Made by a program: the position numbers and the translations under genes. Below the pieces are notes generated by a model. The model ran no database searches and was not told where the DNA came from. It was given only the letters and a program-made list of their open reading frames with translations. A stretch of DNA of 64,000 nt from an uncultured Verrucomicrobiae bacterium (GTDB lineage: Bacteria; Verrucomicrobiota; Verrucomicrobiia; Limisphaerales; Palsa-1400): the NCBI GenBank assembly GCA_963707025.1, contig CAVPOM010000006.1:563369-627368 (forward strand). Direction: 5' to 3'. Of the stretch, positions 38,003-49,506 are shown in pieces (the stretch's first letter is position 1; each line of letters begins with the position of its first letter).

Positions 38003-40048
38003 ATGAAACTGCTCGATGATCCCATGATTCCCGGCGGTCAAAGGCGGATGTTTCTGCTGGGTTTGCTTTTGGCCGTGGTCACGCTCGGTCTTTATTGGCC
38101 GGCGGTCGGCCATGATTTTGTGGCGTATGATGACGACCAGTACATCTATGATAATCCGTGGGTGACCGGCGGCATCAGTTGGGCGGCCCTCAAATGGGCC
38201 TTGACGAGCACCTTTGCCGCCAACTGGCATCCGTTGACCTGGATTTCGCACCTCATTGATTACTCGATCTATGGCCCGCTGCCCGCGGGCCATCACCTCA
38301 CCAGCATCCTTCTCCATACCGCCAACACCGTGTTGCTGTTCCTGGTGCTGGCACGCTGGACGGGGTCGCCCTGGCCGGGCGCTCTGGCCGCCGCGCTGTT
38401 CGGATGGCATCCGCTGCACGTCGAGTCGGTGGCTTGGGTTTCGGAGCGTAAGGACGTTTTGAGCACGCTCTGCTGGCTTCTGACGATTTGGGCTTACCTG
38501 AGGAGCGCCAGCCGGCCCGGAAGTGATTCTCCAGCCGGGAAGCCGGAGGGGCGCAAGCTGTTTTACGGGCTGGCCATTCTCTTCTTTGCCCTTGGCTTGA
38601 TGGCCAAACCCATGGTGGTCACTTTGCCCTTTGTTCTGCTCCTGCTGGATTATTGGCCGCTGAAATTGTATTCGGGAAATTCCCTGTCGTCGCCTGCCTG
38701 GAAGGTTGGCCTTCGCCAGCTCGTGAAAATGCTGCCCTTTTTCATCCTCTCCGCCGCGGCGAGCGTGGTGACGGTGCTGGCGCAAAGCTCGGGTGGGGCC
38801 GTCAAAACGTTCGAGCAAGTCCCATTTTTTGCGCGCGTGGCCGGCGTTCCACTGGCCTACCTGACTTATATCCGCAAGACATTTTGGCCAAGTGATTTGT
38901 GCGCCTTTTATCCGTTGGCCGGGCAACCCCGGGCGGCTGAGGTTCTCGGCGCGTTGCTGGCGCTGGCCGCCATCAGTGCGGTGGCGGTTGCTTGGCGGCG
39001 TTCCTATCCGTGGCTCATCGTCGGATGGCTCTGGTTTTTGGGGACGCTCGTTCCGGTGATTGGGCTGGTCCAGGTGGGGGGCCAGGCTTATGGGGATCGC
39101 TATACCTACATCCCCTCCATCGGTTTGTTTGTCATGGTGGCCTGGAGTGTCCATCAGTGGGTGATCCAGCGCCCGCGGGCGCGAAGGTGGATTGCCGCGC
39201 TGGTTGGCGCCAGTCTCCTCGGCTGCGTTCTCACCACCGCAGCGCAATTGGGCACCTGGCGCGACAATCTGGCCTTCTACACCCAAATCCTGGCGGTGAA
39301 CAAAGACTGTGCCATGGCCCAAAACGGCCTGGGATTGGCCCTCTCCAACGCCGGTCGAAAAGACGAGGCGATTGCTCACTACAAGGAGGCCTTGCGTTTG
39401 GATCCCGCCTCGGTTCATGCGCGCTATAACCTGGGGATTGAACTGGCCGCCGCGGGCAGGCTGGAGGAAGCGGCCGCGGCTTTTGCTGAGGCCATAAAAC
39501 TTAATCCGCGGAGCGAACAACTCCATAACAACGCCGGGGTCGTGCTGGCGCAACAGGGAAAAACCGAACTGGCCCTGGATCAGTTCAGACAAGCCATTCA
39601 ACTCAATCCCATTTACCCCAAGCCTTACCTCAACGCCGCCATGGCCTTGGAGAAGCTGGGCCAGTTTGCCCAGGCTGCGACAAACTATGAAAAGGCGCTG
39701 CAACTGGAGCCGGATTCACCCCAAACTCTGGACGCTTTGGCCATGCTGCGGGCGACGTGCCCGGATTTGCCGGAGCGCAACCCCGCCCTGGCGGTGCAAC
39801 TGGCCACCCGGGCCAACGCCCTGACACGATCCCAAGTTCCGGATTATCTTTCCACGCTGGCGGCAGCTTATGCCGCGGCGACCCAGTACTCCAACGCCGT
39901 CACCACCGCGGAACTCGCTCGCAGCCAGGCTCAATCCCGCGGCCTCACGGACCTGGCCGGCAGAATCGGCCGGGACCTGCAGCGCTATCGAGCCGGCCTG
40001 GCCGCGCCCGCGAAGATGGAAATGGAACGCGGTTCGACCAACAGATGA
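38003..40048 (+). CDS. TMTC-like multi-TM glycosyltransferase-like protein with TPR repeats
   Basis: YDDDQYI..NP.V, NWHPLTWISH, HPLHVESVAWVSERKD and DRYTYIPSIG motifs; C-terminal TPRs. Confidence 0.85.
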   Translation: MKLLDDPMIPGGQRRMFLLGLLLAVVTLGLYWPAVGHDFVAYDDDQYIYDNPWVTGGISWAALKWALTSTFAANWHPLTWISHLIDYSIYGPLPAGHHLTSILLHTANTVLLFLVLARWTGSPWPGALAAALFGWHPLHVESVAWVSERKDVLSTLCWLLTIWAYLRSASRPGSDSPAGKPEGRKLFYGLAILFFALGLMAKPMVVTLPFVLLLLDYWPLKLYSGNSLSSPAWKVGLRQLVKMLPFFILSAAASVVTVLAQSSGGAVKTFEQVPFFARVAGVPLAYLTYIRKTFWPSDLCAFYPLAGQPRAAEVLGALLALAAISAVAVAWRRSYPWLIVGWLWFLGTLVPVIGLVQVGGQAYGDRYTYIPSIGLFVMVAWSVHQWVIQRPRARRWIAALVGASLLGCVLTTAAQLGTWRDNLAFYTQILAVNKDCAMAQNGLGLALSNAGRKDEAIAHYKEALRLDPASVHARYNLGIELAAAGRLEEAAAAFAEAIKLNPRSEQLHNNAGVVLAQQGKTELALDQFRQAIQLNPIYPKPYLNAAMALEKLGQFAQAATNYEKALQLEPDSPQTLDALAMLRATCPDLPERNPALAVQLATRANALTRSQVPDYLSTLAAAYAAATQYSNAVTTAELARSQAQSRGLTDLAGRIGRDLQRYRAGLAAPAKMEMERGSTNR

Positions 40049-40062
40049 ATCAGCCTCCAGCC

Positions 40063-43000
40063 TCAGTTTCCCAGAATCCGATAAAACGCCGCCGCGTTGG
40101 TCGCCGGGATGATCAGGCCGTTGGTGTTGAGCAGCCCGCCGACATTGATCCAGTCCGTTGTGGCAAGATTGGTGTTCATTTGCACCTGGTACGGCCCGGC
40201 CCCGCCGCTCCAGTTCAATTGGAAATTGCCGCCTGCTATCAGCGCGGGGGCAGCGCCAATCGTAATGATGTCAGTGGTCACGCTGATCAACATCGTGGCC
40301 GTGCCGGACAGGCCGCCCGGATCGGTCACGCCCACGACGAAGCTATTCGTTCCAACATCGGTGCTGGCAGGCGTGCCGGAGAGCGCGCCGTTGGCTGCCA
40401 CACTCAACCAGGCCGGACCGCTGATTTTCGAGAAGGCCAGCGTGCTGGCGAAATCATCCGGGTCGGTGGCATTGGTGGCGATGGCGCCCGCGTAAGCGTG
40501 GTTGGCCACCACGGCGGGCAGGGTGAAGGGGTTGGCCATAAACGACGGCGCCTGGTCGCCCGCCGGATAAAGATTGCCCTGGGGGATCACCTGCCAGGGC
40601 TGGTTGGGATTCGACCACGCTAATTGAGCCTCCGAGCTGCCGCCGTCGTTGTAATAATCCATTTCGATGTTATACTTTTGGCCGGCGGTGAGGACCAGGT
40701 TTGTGCTGTAGGTCGTAGGCCCCTCGTCCACCCACGCATTGGCGATCACAAGCTGGTTGCCGACCCAGAGCCGCCCTCCATCGTCCACGGTTATGTAGAA
40801 CGTGTTGGTTCCGGTAAAAGGCGCCCTGACCTGGCCGGTCCAGCGCACCGCAAAATTTGTGACAGGCTGGCCGGGAGCGAACGGAGTGGTTCCCCAGGTG
40901 GTTTCGTTTATCCCCGGGTCAACCCGCGTCAGAACCAGGGGCGCCGCGCTGTCGTTGGTGATATAATTATTAAAGCTGGTGTAATTGGAGTAATAATGGC
41001 CGAGCAATCCCGTGCCGGCTCCCGGCGGATAATTCGTTCCGGCAATAAAGTGGGCCTGAACTTGAGCGGCGCTTAACGGATAGTTGTAGAGCGCGACGTT
41101 CGCTATCGAACCCACGAACTGGTCGTTCCGAACCGCCGCCGCGCTGGATTGCCGCGCTCCGATGTTCACCGGCGCGCCGCCGGCCGCCAATTCGCCTTCT
41201 CCCGGCGCTGGCTCGGAGGAAAAACCCGGGATCGAATCCCCGTTGGCCGAACCGTCGAGGTAGAGGAACATGATGCTGTTGGCCTCGTCCACGACCCCGG
41301 CCAGGTGATGCCATTGGCCGTCGGCCGCGCCGCCGAGGTTGATCTGGTGAGCCAGGGTGTTGCCGGTGGCATCATGCCAGATCCAGCGGTAGGTGGTGCC
41401 GGAAACATCGAGATCGAAATTCTCCGTTCCACCGCCGGCGCCTTGCGTCACGATGCCCGCGCCGTCGCCATTTTGCGAGGTGCTGAAATTGACCCAGGCT
41501 TCCACCGAGTATTCCGCGTTGCCGGAAACCAGCATCTGGGAGAAATCAATGCCCGCGATATTGCCGGCATAACTGTTGCTGGCGGCCGACGGGCCAAGGA
41601 GGTTCGTCTCACCAAAGGCCGCGGCGCAGTCCGGCTCGTCCGCCGGGATGCATGCTACTCCCAGCAAAACGCCGCCGAGGTATTGGCCGTTATGGTCGCC
41701 GACGTAATCATACGCCACCGTGCTGTTGGACGGCTCGTTCAAATGCCAGAAGGCGATGGGGTTGTCCGCCAGGATCCTCTGCACGTAAGCGCTGGTCAGC
41801 GCCGGCACGGCGATTACCGTCACCGTGCTGCTGATGAGCAAGTTAAGGGAGTTGGTGATGACGCACTTGTAGGTATTGGCGCCCGCCAAGGCATTGAACG
41901 TGTAAATCCCATTGGTCGCGCCGGGGATCGCGGTCGTGCCGTTTTGATACCACTGGAAGACGGGATTCCCGCCCTTGACCGCCACGGCATAGGTGAGCTG
42001 GCGGCCCGCATAGACGGTGATGGACAGCGGGCTTGGGTTGGTGAGCAGGGTGAGCGGGCCGGTCACAACGGAGAGGGGCGAATTGGCGCTCTGAATGCTG
42101 CCGTACTGATTTGTCACCACCACGTAATAGTTGCCGTCCTGGCCGGTTTGCACGCCGGTTAGAAAAAGGACGGCATTGGTGGCCCCCGCAATGGCCCCCC
42201 CTGGGCTGTGCCATTGATAGAAAAGAGGCGCGGTTCCCAGGGCCGTCACGCTGTTGCTCGCGGTGGTGCCCTGGTTGGGCTGCCAGGTCGTGAGTGGTTG
42301 TTGCGTGATAAAAGGCGCGACACCAGCCGACAAATACATTTGCTGAATCTGGTTCGAGGTGAGCGCATTGGCAAAGAGAGTGACTTCGTCGAACGCTTCC
42401 CCCGAACAGCCGGCCCGTTCCATAATCCGGCGCGCCGCCTATCCAGAAATCCGATGAATCCCCGCCCACCGTCTTTGCCGCGCTGTTGGCCCCGGCCAGT
42501 TGACCGTCCACATAGATATATTGCGCGGTGCCGCTATAGACGCCGGCCAATTGATGCCAGGTCGAGTTCGCCACGGAGCTCGGACCCACCACATCGCCAT
42601 TGCCCCCGTCCGCGAAGTGAGGTTTATGGCTGGTATCCACGTCCAGGCGATAGGACGAGTCGCCTTTGCCCGCGACAGTTTGGAAATTGCCGCCGCCGGA
42701 GGTCTTAATCCACGCTAGCATGCTCATCGGACCAGTAAAGTTAAGAGAGCTTCCGGGGATATCAATGTAGGCTGATACGCCGTTGAGTGACACGGCATAG
42801 TTGGGTGATCCCATTCCAGGATTAGGCGCTCCCGCCGCCTTGTTGACGACGCCGCCGACGTAGTTGCCGTTGTTGCCGCCGACATAATCATAGGCCACCG
42901 TTCCATTGGTTTCCTTCAGAGGCCAGAAGGCAACCGGGTTGGCCGCCAGCACGGCCTGCTGGTATGGAGCAGGCGCCACGACCGTGACTGACACCACGCT

Positions 43001-46000
43001 GCTGGTGACAGCGCCCAGGGAGTTGCTCAACACCGCCGTATAAGCGCCCGAGTTGGTCAGTCGCGCGTTGCTCAACGTGTAGCTGGCGCTGTTGGCCGCG
43101 GGGATGTTTGTCCCGTCGAATTGCCAATAGTAACCCACTGGCACTGCCCCGTTGCCGGACACAGCGAAGGAGGCGCCCAGGCCCGTGAACAGAAAAAGAT
43201 TGGTCAGCGCCGGTTGCTGCGTGATCACCGGTGTCCGGTAAACGGTCAGGATGGCGACGGAACTGGTGACGGCGCCGGCATTATTCGTCACCACTACATA
43301 GTAACTGCCAGCCTGGCTGGACTGAACGTCGGGCAGTGTCAGCGAGCTGGCGGTGGCCCCGCCTATCAGGCCAGCCGGACCATACCATTGGAAGGAGAGA
43401 GGCGGAGCGCCCATCGCCACCGCGCCAAAGGTCGAGCTTGACCCGATGACATTGTTGGTCGCGGACTGCGGCTGCAGCGTGATCGCCGGCTGGGGCGGCA
43501 TCAGGTCCCCGCTCACTGCGAATACTCCCGAATCCCCGGATGCGCCGGGCTTGGTAAAGGTGATGGACGAGACGGGCTGGTTGGATCCCAGCGCCGCAAG
43601 ATTGATGGCAGTCTGATAAAGGTTGGGATTGCTGCTGCCGTTATTTTCGGTGGAAAGGCCGGAGTTATTCAAGTCCAGCCGGCCAAATCCTTGCAGGGCC
43701 ACATTGGAGGTGGTGTTGAACCAATCCTGGGCGTTGAAATTAAAGGTGGAACTGGACGATCCATTGGCGAAATGGATCACGCACGTTCCTTGCGCTCCTC
43801 CGTTGGCCGAGGAGGCCAGCACCGCCAGGGTATTATACGATTGCGGCGTTGTCAGGGTGAGCGTGCCGGAAACGGCATAGCCGCCGCCCATCAGCAGCAC
43901 GTTCTGGCCGCCGTAAGGCCCGAATTGAAAGACCGACGATCCATCCGCGGAACTGGTGAAAAGACCGCTGGCGGGCAGCCCCTGCGTGCCGCCGCTGCCT
44001 TGCACCGCGGGATTGGTATTCAACCCGGCTTGATAGAAGGCGATATTGTTCGCGAGGTCGAATCCGGTCGCTCCTTTGTTGCCCGTGGTCGCGTTGGCCG
44101 GAACAATCACGCCCGCGTTGAATCCCGTGACCGCGATCGGAAAGTTGGCCGTCGAGACGGTCAAGGTGAACAGCCGGTATTCCACCACGGTGCTGGTCTG
44201 ATTGGTGAACCAGACATTCGCCAGATAAACTCCTGTCTGCAAATTGCTCACGGCTGCCGCGTCCAAAGCCACCGTCACCGCCGCCGGGCCGCCTCCGGGC
44301 GTGAGCGTGCCGCCCACCGGCGAGACATCCAGCCAAGCCGGGCCGCCGCCCGCGCCCCAATTGAACGCAGCCGCGCCCGTGTTGGTCAGGGACAAGATCA
44401 GATTAGTGGCGATGGCGGCAGCGCCGTAAGGCTGGACGGCCGCGAAACCGACTCCGGGGGTGATTTGCAGCGCATCGGTCGGCGCCGCCAGGTAGTTGAT
44501 CAAGGCTGCCCCGTTGGGACTGCCCCAACCGGTGGCCAGATCGTAACCGGGATAGGCGAAAAAGTTCGCCGGGCTGCCGCTGTTGGTGTCATTGCCCGTG
44601 GTTATATCATGGAAGAGGTTGGTATAGTTGGCCGACTTGCCTATGGCGTAAGCCGCCTGGTTCATGGACCCGATGGTGCCCCGCCCGTTGGCCAAGGCCT
44701 GTTGATTGATCAGCGCCGTAAAGCCCGCCCACAACGGCGACGCCGCGCTCGTGCCGCCCACGGTTCCGCTTTGCCCGTCTTTAAGATACCAGAATAAAAC
44801 CGTGTCCGCCAGAATGGACACGTCGGGGATATTGCGCTGGGCGGTCGAGCCGCCGATGGCGGACATGTTGATGCCAAGTTGATAGCCCGGAATGGGATAA
44901 TGCGGGCTGATCCCGCCGCCGCTGCCACGCCAGGTCGTTTCCGATTGCCACGGCCCGCCCGGGCTGCTCGTCGTCAGGGAAGTGCCGCCGACCGACGTGC
45001 AATTCGTGTCATCCGTCGGCGCAAAAATCGTTTGCGATGCATTATAGGCCCCGCCGTCGCCGGAGGAGGAAAAGAACGACTGCCCTTGCATCGCCAACTG
45101 CTGCAATACCTGGCTCTGGCCCGATGGCGGCGGATAATAGCCAAAGGAGCAACTGCATTGTTTGGCGAACCCATCCGAGGCCATGCGATCCAGGATGTCT
45201 ATCGCGCTGTTGCCTTCATAGACGACCACCGACGCGCCCGGCGCCATCGAGATCGCCATGTCAATGTCCAGCGCCTCTTCGCCGTCATCCGTGCCGGCGG
45301 GGGCCACGCCGGTCAGGTTGTCCAGCAGGACATTGCTGATGACGATGTTGGCCGGCAGATGGGCATTGATTTCGTAAAGATACACGTCATTGGTAAAATA
45401 AGGACCGAACTCAAACAACCCAATGACCTGCCCGTAGCCCGTGAGACCGACGCCCGCCGCGTAGGCATTAGGCAAATCGGAGCCAAAGAAATCTCCGCCC
45501 GGGCCCGAACCCGTCGCATAGGCCACCTCCTTTGCATCCTGCCCTTTCACCACCAGATTCATCGGGCGCGGCGGCATGTAATCATCCAAGCCGCTCACCC
45601 CCAGGATCGGCAGATCGGCATCCACCGTCGGTTCGGCCTCGGGCGAATAGAAGGTGCGCGCCTCGGTCGGATGCTGATAAACCGCCAGCCTGATGTGAAA
45701 CGCCCGCTCAATATCCGCCACCGCGCCGGCCGCGTCCACCAGCATGCGGTTTCCGTAAGTCCCCGTCACCGTCAGTCCCTGGGCCTGGGCAAAAGCGATC
45801 ACCCTTTGATAATCCGCTTCGGTCGGTGCAAAGGCCGCCGCGAATTGCTCCGGCGCAAGCCACTGATGAAATTTCGGGCTGGCCGGGTCGTACAACTGCG
45901 CCAGCAGGTTGCTGAGCGCCCCCGGATTGCGCCAGGGCAAGGCGATGGCCAATTGCAGGCGTTTGGCGCCTTCCAGCCGCCCGGCCGCTTGCAGCTTCGT

Positions 46001-46222
46001 CATATCCATCGGCAGATGGCCGCGCAATATGCGCTGCTCTGCCGCACGCGCCGTCTGTGGGGCCAACAGCGTCCCAACCGCGCCCGCCGCGACCGCGAGC
46101 CACCCAAAAAAGTTCCGGCTGATCCTGCCATGCCGCTGGCGGGCGGGACACGCCGGTACGTCGGGCCGGGTCCCGACGACGAAAGCTGCATGACGGGGGA
46201 AACTCCATTGGTGCATGGTCAT
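40063..46222 (-). CDS. Large secreted S53 (sedolisin) peptidase with Ig-like, LamG and PA14 domains, about 2050 aa; apparent single-base frameshift at 42392-42393
   Basis: Pro-domain, EEALDID, SSGDGG, GGTSAASP and GYDLATGWGSP; ITQQP Ig repeats; two LamG (WHQLAGV / WHHLAGV); PA14 (FAVRWTG, VDDGGRLWV); ends AAFYRILGN. ORFs 41843..46222 and 40063..42423 join as FGGSV|DEVTLF. Confidence 0.85.
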
Positions 46223-46441
46223 AGGGACTCCTTAGGCTCAATCCAATATATTGCCGACTTCATTCATTGTAGTGGAAAATCCCGCTGTGCGCAATCCCCT
46301 TTTGAAGGAGCGTAATGCGATGCATCAGTGTCGGTAGGGCGAGACTCTGTCAAGCCGTGACTTTTTCGCACGAAATGGAGTTTCGCCTCGACGGCGTCTC
46401 CGGCCACCCCATGGCCAAGGCCTGGCGCGATGGGGGCGTTA

Positions 46442-47050
46442 TCAGGGAGTTTTGGGAACCAGCAGCACGAAGTCGCTGCGGCGGTTTTTGCTCCAGGCGG
46501 CTTCGGTGTGGCCGTCAACAGCGGGTTTGGCCTTGCCGTAGCTGACGGTGACAACCTGGCGGCCGTCCACCTGGAGGTTGATCAGGTATTCCCGAACGGC
46601 CAGCGCGCGCTTCTCGCCCAGGGACAGATTGTATTTCTCGGTGCCGCGTTCGTCGCAGTTGCCTTCCACCCGCAGGGCGTCGGCCATGTGGCCTTTCAGG
46701 TAAGCGGCCACGTTCTCCAGCTTTTTGTCCTCGGTCTTCTTGATGGTGGCGCTGTCGAGGTCGAAATAAACGGTGTCCGACTTCAAGGTGGCGGCGTCTT
46801 CATCGTGCTCCTGGATGACCTTAGCCCAAGGACCAGCATCCGGGTTGACAGGGTTGCCTTCGTCGGTTTTTGTGATCGTGCTCGGCGTTTCGACTTTGGC
46901 TCCGGGGGTTTCGTTGACTGGCGGTGGCGCAATGGGTCTGTTGCTCTCGGGGAGCTGCGTAATGGCAACGCCTCGATGCGCACAGCCGGCCGAGCCGAGG
47001 GTTAAGGCCGCGCCGGCGAAAATTATACTCAATAAGCTTGATGTTTTCAT
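46442..47050 (-). CDS. pal: Peptidoglycan-associated lipoprotein (OmpA C-terminal domain)
   Basis: Lipobox SAGC; VYFD.DS, VEGNCDERGT..YNLSLGEKRA, SYGK.KP and NRR motifs; follows tolB. Confidence 0.92.
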   Translation of the reverse strand: MKTSSLLSIIFAGAALTLGSAGCAHRGVAITQLPESNRPIAPPPVNETPGAKVETPSTITKTDEGNPVNPDAGPWAKVIQEHDEDAATLKSDTVYFDLDSATIKKTEDKKLENVAAYLKGHMADALRVEGNCDERGTEKYNLSLGEKRALAVREYLINLQVDGRQVVTVSYGKAKPAVDGHTEAAWSKNRRSDFVLLVPKTP

Positions 47051-47080
47051 TGTCTCAAAATGGTTTGGCAAAACTGTTCC

Positions 47081-48232
47081 TCACCTTGCCCAAGCAGGCT
47101 GGGAACAGCTTCCCGAAAGCTGACCGATATCCTTGACGTGTTTTGTCGGCACGTCAAGCAAGGACAGAACCGGATTGTGATTAACTTGCCGGGTGAAGAT
47201 GACCGTGCGGGAATTGGGCGCCCAGCACGGGTCTTCACCAGCAACCAATTGTTCGGCCTCGCCGCCCGTGGCCGGCGTGATCCATAAAGTGAAATACCCG
47301 CTGCCGGAGGTAAAAATGATCTTCTTGCCGTCCGGCGACCAGTCCGGCGAAGTGAGATTGCCAAAAGTCCCGGTGCGCAACTCCTCCGCTTTGCCGCCAT
47401 AGACGCTGATCTTGCGCAGGGAGGCGCGCCCGGAACGGACCACGTAGCAAATTTGCCGGCCATCGGGCGACCAGGTGGGGGAGGAAGCCTCGTCGCGCTC
47501 ATGGGTCAGTTGTTTCAAATTGCCGCCGTCGCTGTCGCAGACGTAGAGATTGGGGCTGCCGCCTTTGCTCAGGATCATGGCGACTTTGCTGCCATCGGGG
47601 GAAACGGCCGGATTGAAGTTGCCGCCGCCGAAGCCGGCGAACAGGGCGCGCTGGCCGCTGGCGGCATCGTGTTCCAGGATTTGGGTGTAGCCGCTTTTCC
47701 AGGAGGTGTAATAGAGTTTTCGTCCGCCCGGCGACCAGGCAGGGGTGGCGACCAAAGAGGCGTCGTGGGTCATCTGCACCGGGTCATGGCCGTCGAAATC
47801 GGAGACGAACAGTTCCAGGTTGGCGCCCACCTTGCGGCAGAAGGCGATTTTGCTGTGAAAAATGGGCGGCGTGTCGCGGATGACTTTCACGATGTCATCG
47901 GCAAAGGCGTGGGCTTGGGAGCGAGTGGTGCCGCCGTTATAGAGGCGGGCGAAACCGCCGCTGCCAGCGCCGGCGGGTTGCAAGCGCCCATCCAGCCGGC
48001 CATTTTGCGTGCCGCTGATCAAATACTCCGCCTTGTCGGGCGTGGTCAGTTCCAGTCCCAAAACCGACAAATCGAATTTCAGGACCGATTCGGCCTCGCC
48101 GGTGAAGCCGCTGATGGAAATGGGGATGAGCCGCGTGGCAGTGTTGGTTCTGTTAATTTCAATGGGCTGGGCCAGCCCGCTCAGGGCGCAACTGCACAGG
48201 AATGCGAGTATAAAGTCAGGTGATTTTTTCAT
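47081..48232 (-). CDS. tolB: TolB-like beta-propeller protein
   Basis: AHAFADDIV; repeated P.WSPDG (PD40) units; operon position. Confidence 0.88.
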   Translation of the reverse strand: MKKSPDFILAFLCSCALSGLAQPIEINRTNTATRLIPISISGFTGEAESVLKFDLSVLGLELTTPDKAEYLISGTQNGRLDGRLQPAGAGSGGFARLYNGGTTRSQAHAFADDIVKVIRDTPPIFHSKIAFCRKVGANLELFVSDFDGHDPVQMTHDASLVATPAWSPGGRKLYYTSWKSGYTQILEHDAASGQRALFAGFGGGNFNPAVSPDGSKVAMILSKGGSPNLYVCDSDGGNLKQLTHERDEASSPTWSPDGRQICYVVRSGRASLRKISVYGGKAEELRTGTFGNLTSPDWSPDGKKIIFTSGSGYFTLWITPATGGEAEQLVAGEDPCWAPNSRTVIFTRQVNHNPVLSLLDVPTKHVKDIGQLSGSCSQPAWAR

Positions 48233-49086
48233 CCGGCGTCTTGTTTGGTTTCGAGGTTGAATCTGATGATAAAGCTCCGTTCGGCATCCGGCGCGTTGGT
48301 GGGGAAGGGGGGCAATTGTTTGACGGCATCCAGCGCGCGCTGCACGGAGCGGTCCACGGCGGCATCGCCCGACTTGTTGACGAATTCGGAGGAAGCAACC
48401 GTGCCGTCCCGCAGAACCACGATTTTGACATCCGCCACCGCCAGTTTGCGGGCGGTTTCTTCGGGGGTTTTCCAGGCCTGATAATAGGCGTTGAAAACAG
48501 CGGTGCGGTAGTTGACGAACGCTTCCCCGCCGTTTTCTCCTGGCAGGGCCAGGACCTTGTCGCTGGGTTCTTTGCTGTGGATTGTGGAATTCAACTCAGC
48601 AAAGATATTGGACATCTCCTGCGAGCGTTTCCGGCTGGCTTCCTGCGCCGCGGCCTGCGCCTGGGCTGAGGACTCGGTCGTCTTGGGTGGCGGTTTGTTG
48701 GAATGAGCAACCTGGGTGAGATCCACTTTGATCGCACGCCTTCCCGGAGCCAGTTCCGGGGCCGCCTTTTCGGCCGGGGCGCTGCGCGGCGGCGGCTTGG
48801 GCGCGGTCCGGGCCGCGGGCCTGGGCGGTTCGGCCAAACGCGGCTGAGGAGTTACCGGGGGTGCGGCGCGGGTGGCGGGCGGGGAAGGCTGGGGTTTGAC
48901 GGAGGCGGGAACGGGTTGGCCACCGACACCGGCACGATCCAATATATTGGCGGGCAGAAAGGTCAGCACCTGTTCGGTGGTGATGGCCGGCTCGGAGCGG
49001 AAAGCGGCGGTGGCCAGAAAAGCAACCGCCGTCAGGCCATGTAAACTGGCCGAGGCCACCAGACATTTCTTTTGCAGGCGTGTCAT
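48229..49086 (-). CDS. TolA/TonB-family protein
   Basis: TM helix with S...H, Pro-rich linker, C-terminal W..P...DG.V...SG.AA.D.SV.RA...LPPFP. Confidence 0.8.
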   Translation of the reverse strand: MTRLQKKCLVASASLHGLTAVAFLATAAFRSEPAITTEQVLTFLPANILDRAGVGGQPVPASVKPQPSPPATRAAPPVTPQPRLAEPPRPAARTAPKPPPRSAPAEKAAPELAPGRRAIKVDLTQVAHSNKPPPKTTESSAQAQAAAQEASRKRSQEMSNIFAELNSTIHSKEPSDKVLALPGENGGEAFVNYRTAVFNAYYQAWKTPEETARKLAVADVKIVVLRDGTVASSEFVNKSGDAAVDRSVQRALDAVKQLPPFPTNAPDAERSFIIRFNLETKQDAG

Positions 49087-49505
49087 GGGGTTCGGGCCGG
49101 GGCGGTGTGGAGGATGAAATTGGTAATATGATTGCGCATGCAAGCATCCGTCAGGCGAAAGTAATAATTGAATTGGACGCTTTTGTCGGCGCGGATGTCC
49201 ACGATTAACTTGGGGTTGTCGCGGAACGCCTTGACCAGTTCGGTTTCCACCTGGGTCAAGGCCAGATGCTTGCCGTCCAGCCAATAGCCGCCGTCGGCCC
49301 GGACCTCAACCACATGCACGCTGTGGCGGTCAATGGTTTTGGCTTCCCGGAGCGTGGATTCAGGCAGTTGAATCTTGACGTGCCCTTCCAGCATGGGCCG
49401 GGTAATGACGAAAATGATGAGCAGGACGAAGGCCAGATCAAGCAGGGGCGTAATGTTGATTTCGCTCAAAGTCACCAGAGAATTGCGTTGGGAGAAGCGA
49501 CGCAT
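49083..49505 (-). CDS. TolR/ExbD-family protein
   Basis: EINITPLLDLAFVLLIIF.IT and IRADK motifs. Confidence 0.9.
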   Translation of the reverse strand: MRRFSQRNSLVTLSEINITPLLDLAFVLLIIFVITRPMLEGHVKIQLPESTLREAKTIDRHSVHVVEVRADGGYWLDGKHLALTQVETELVKAFRDNPKLIVDIRADKSVQFNYYFRLTDACMRNHITNFILHTAPARTP

Positions 49506-49506
49506 G

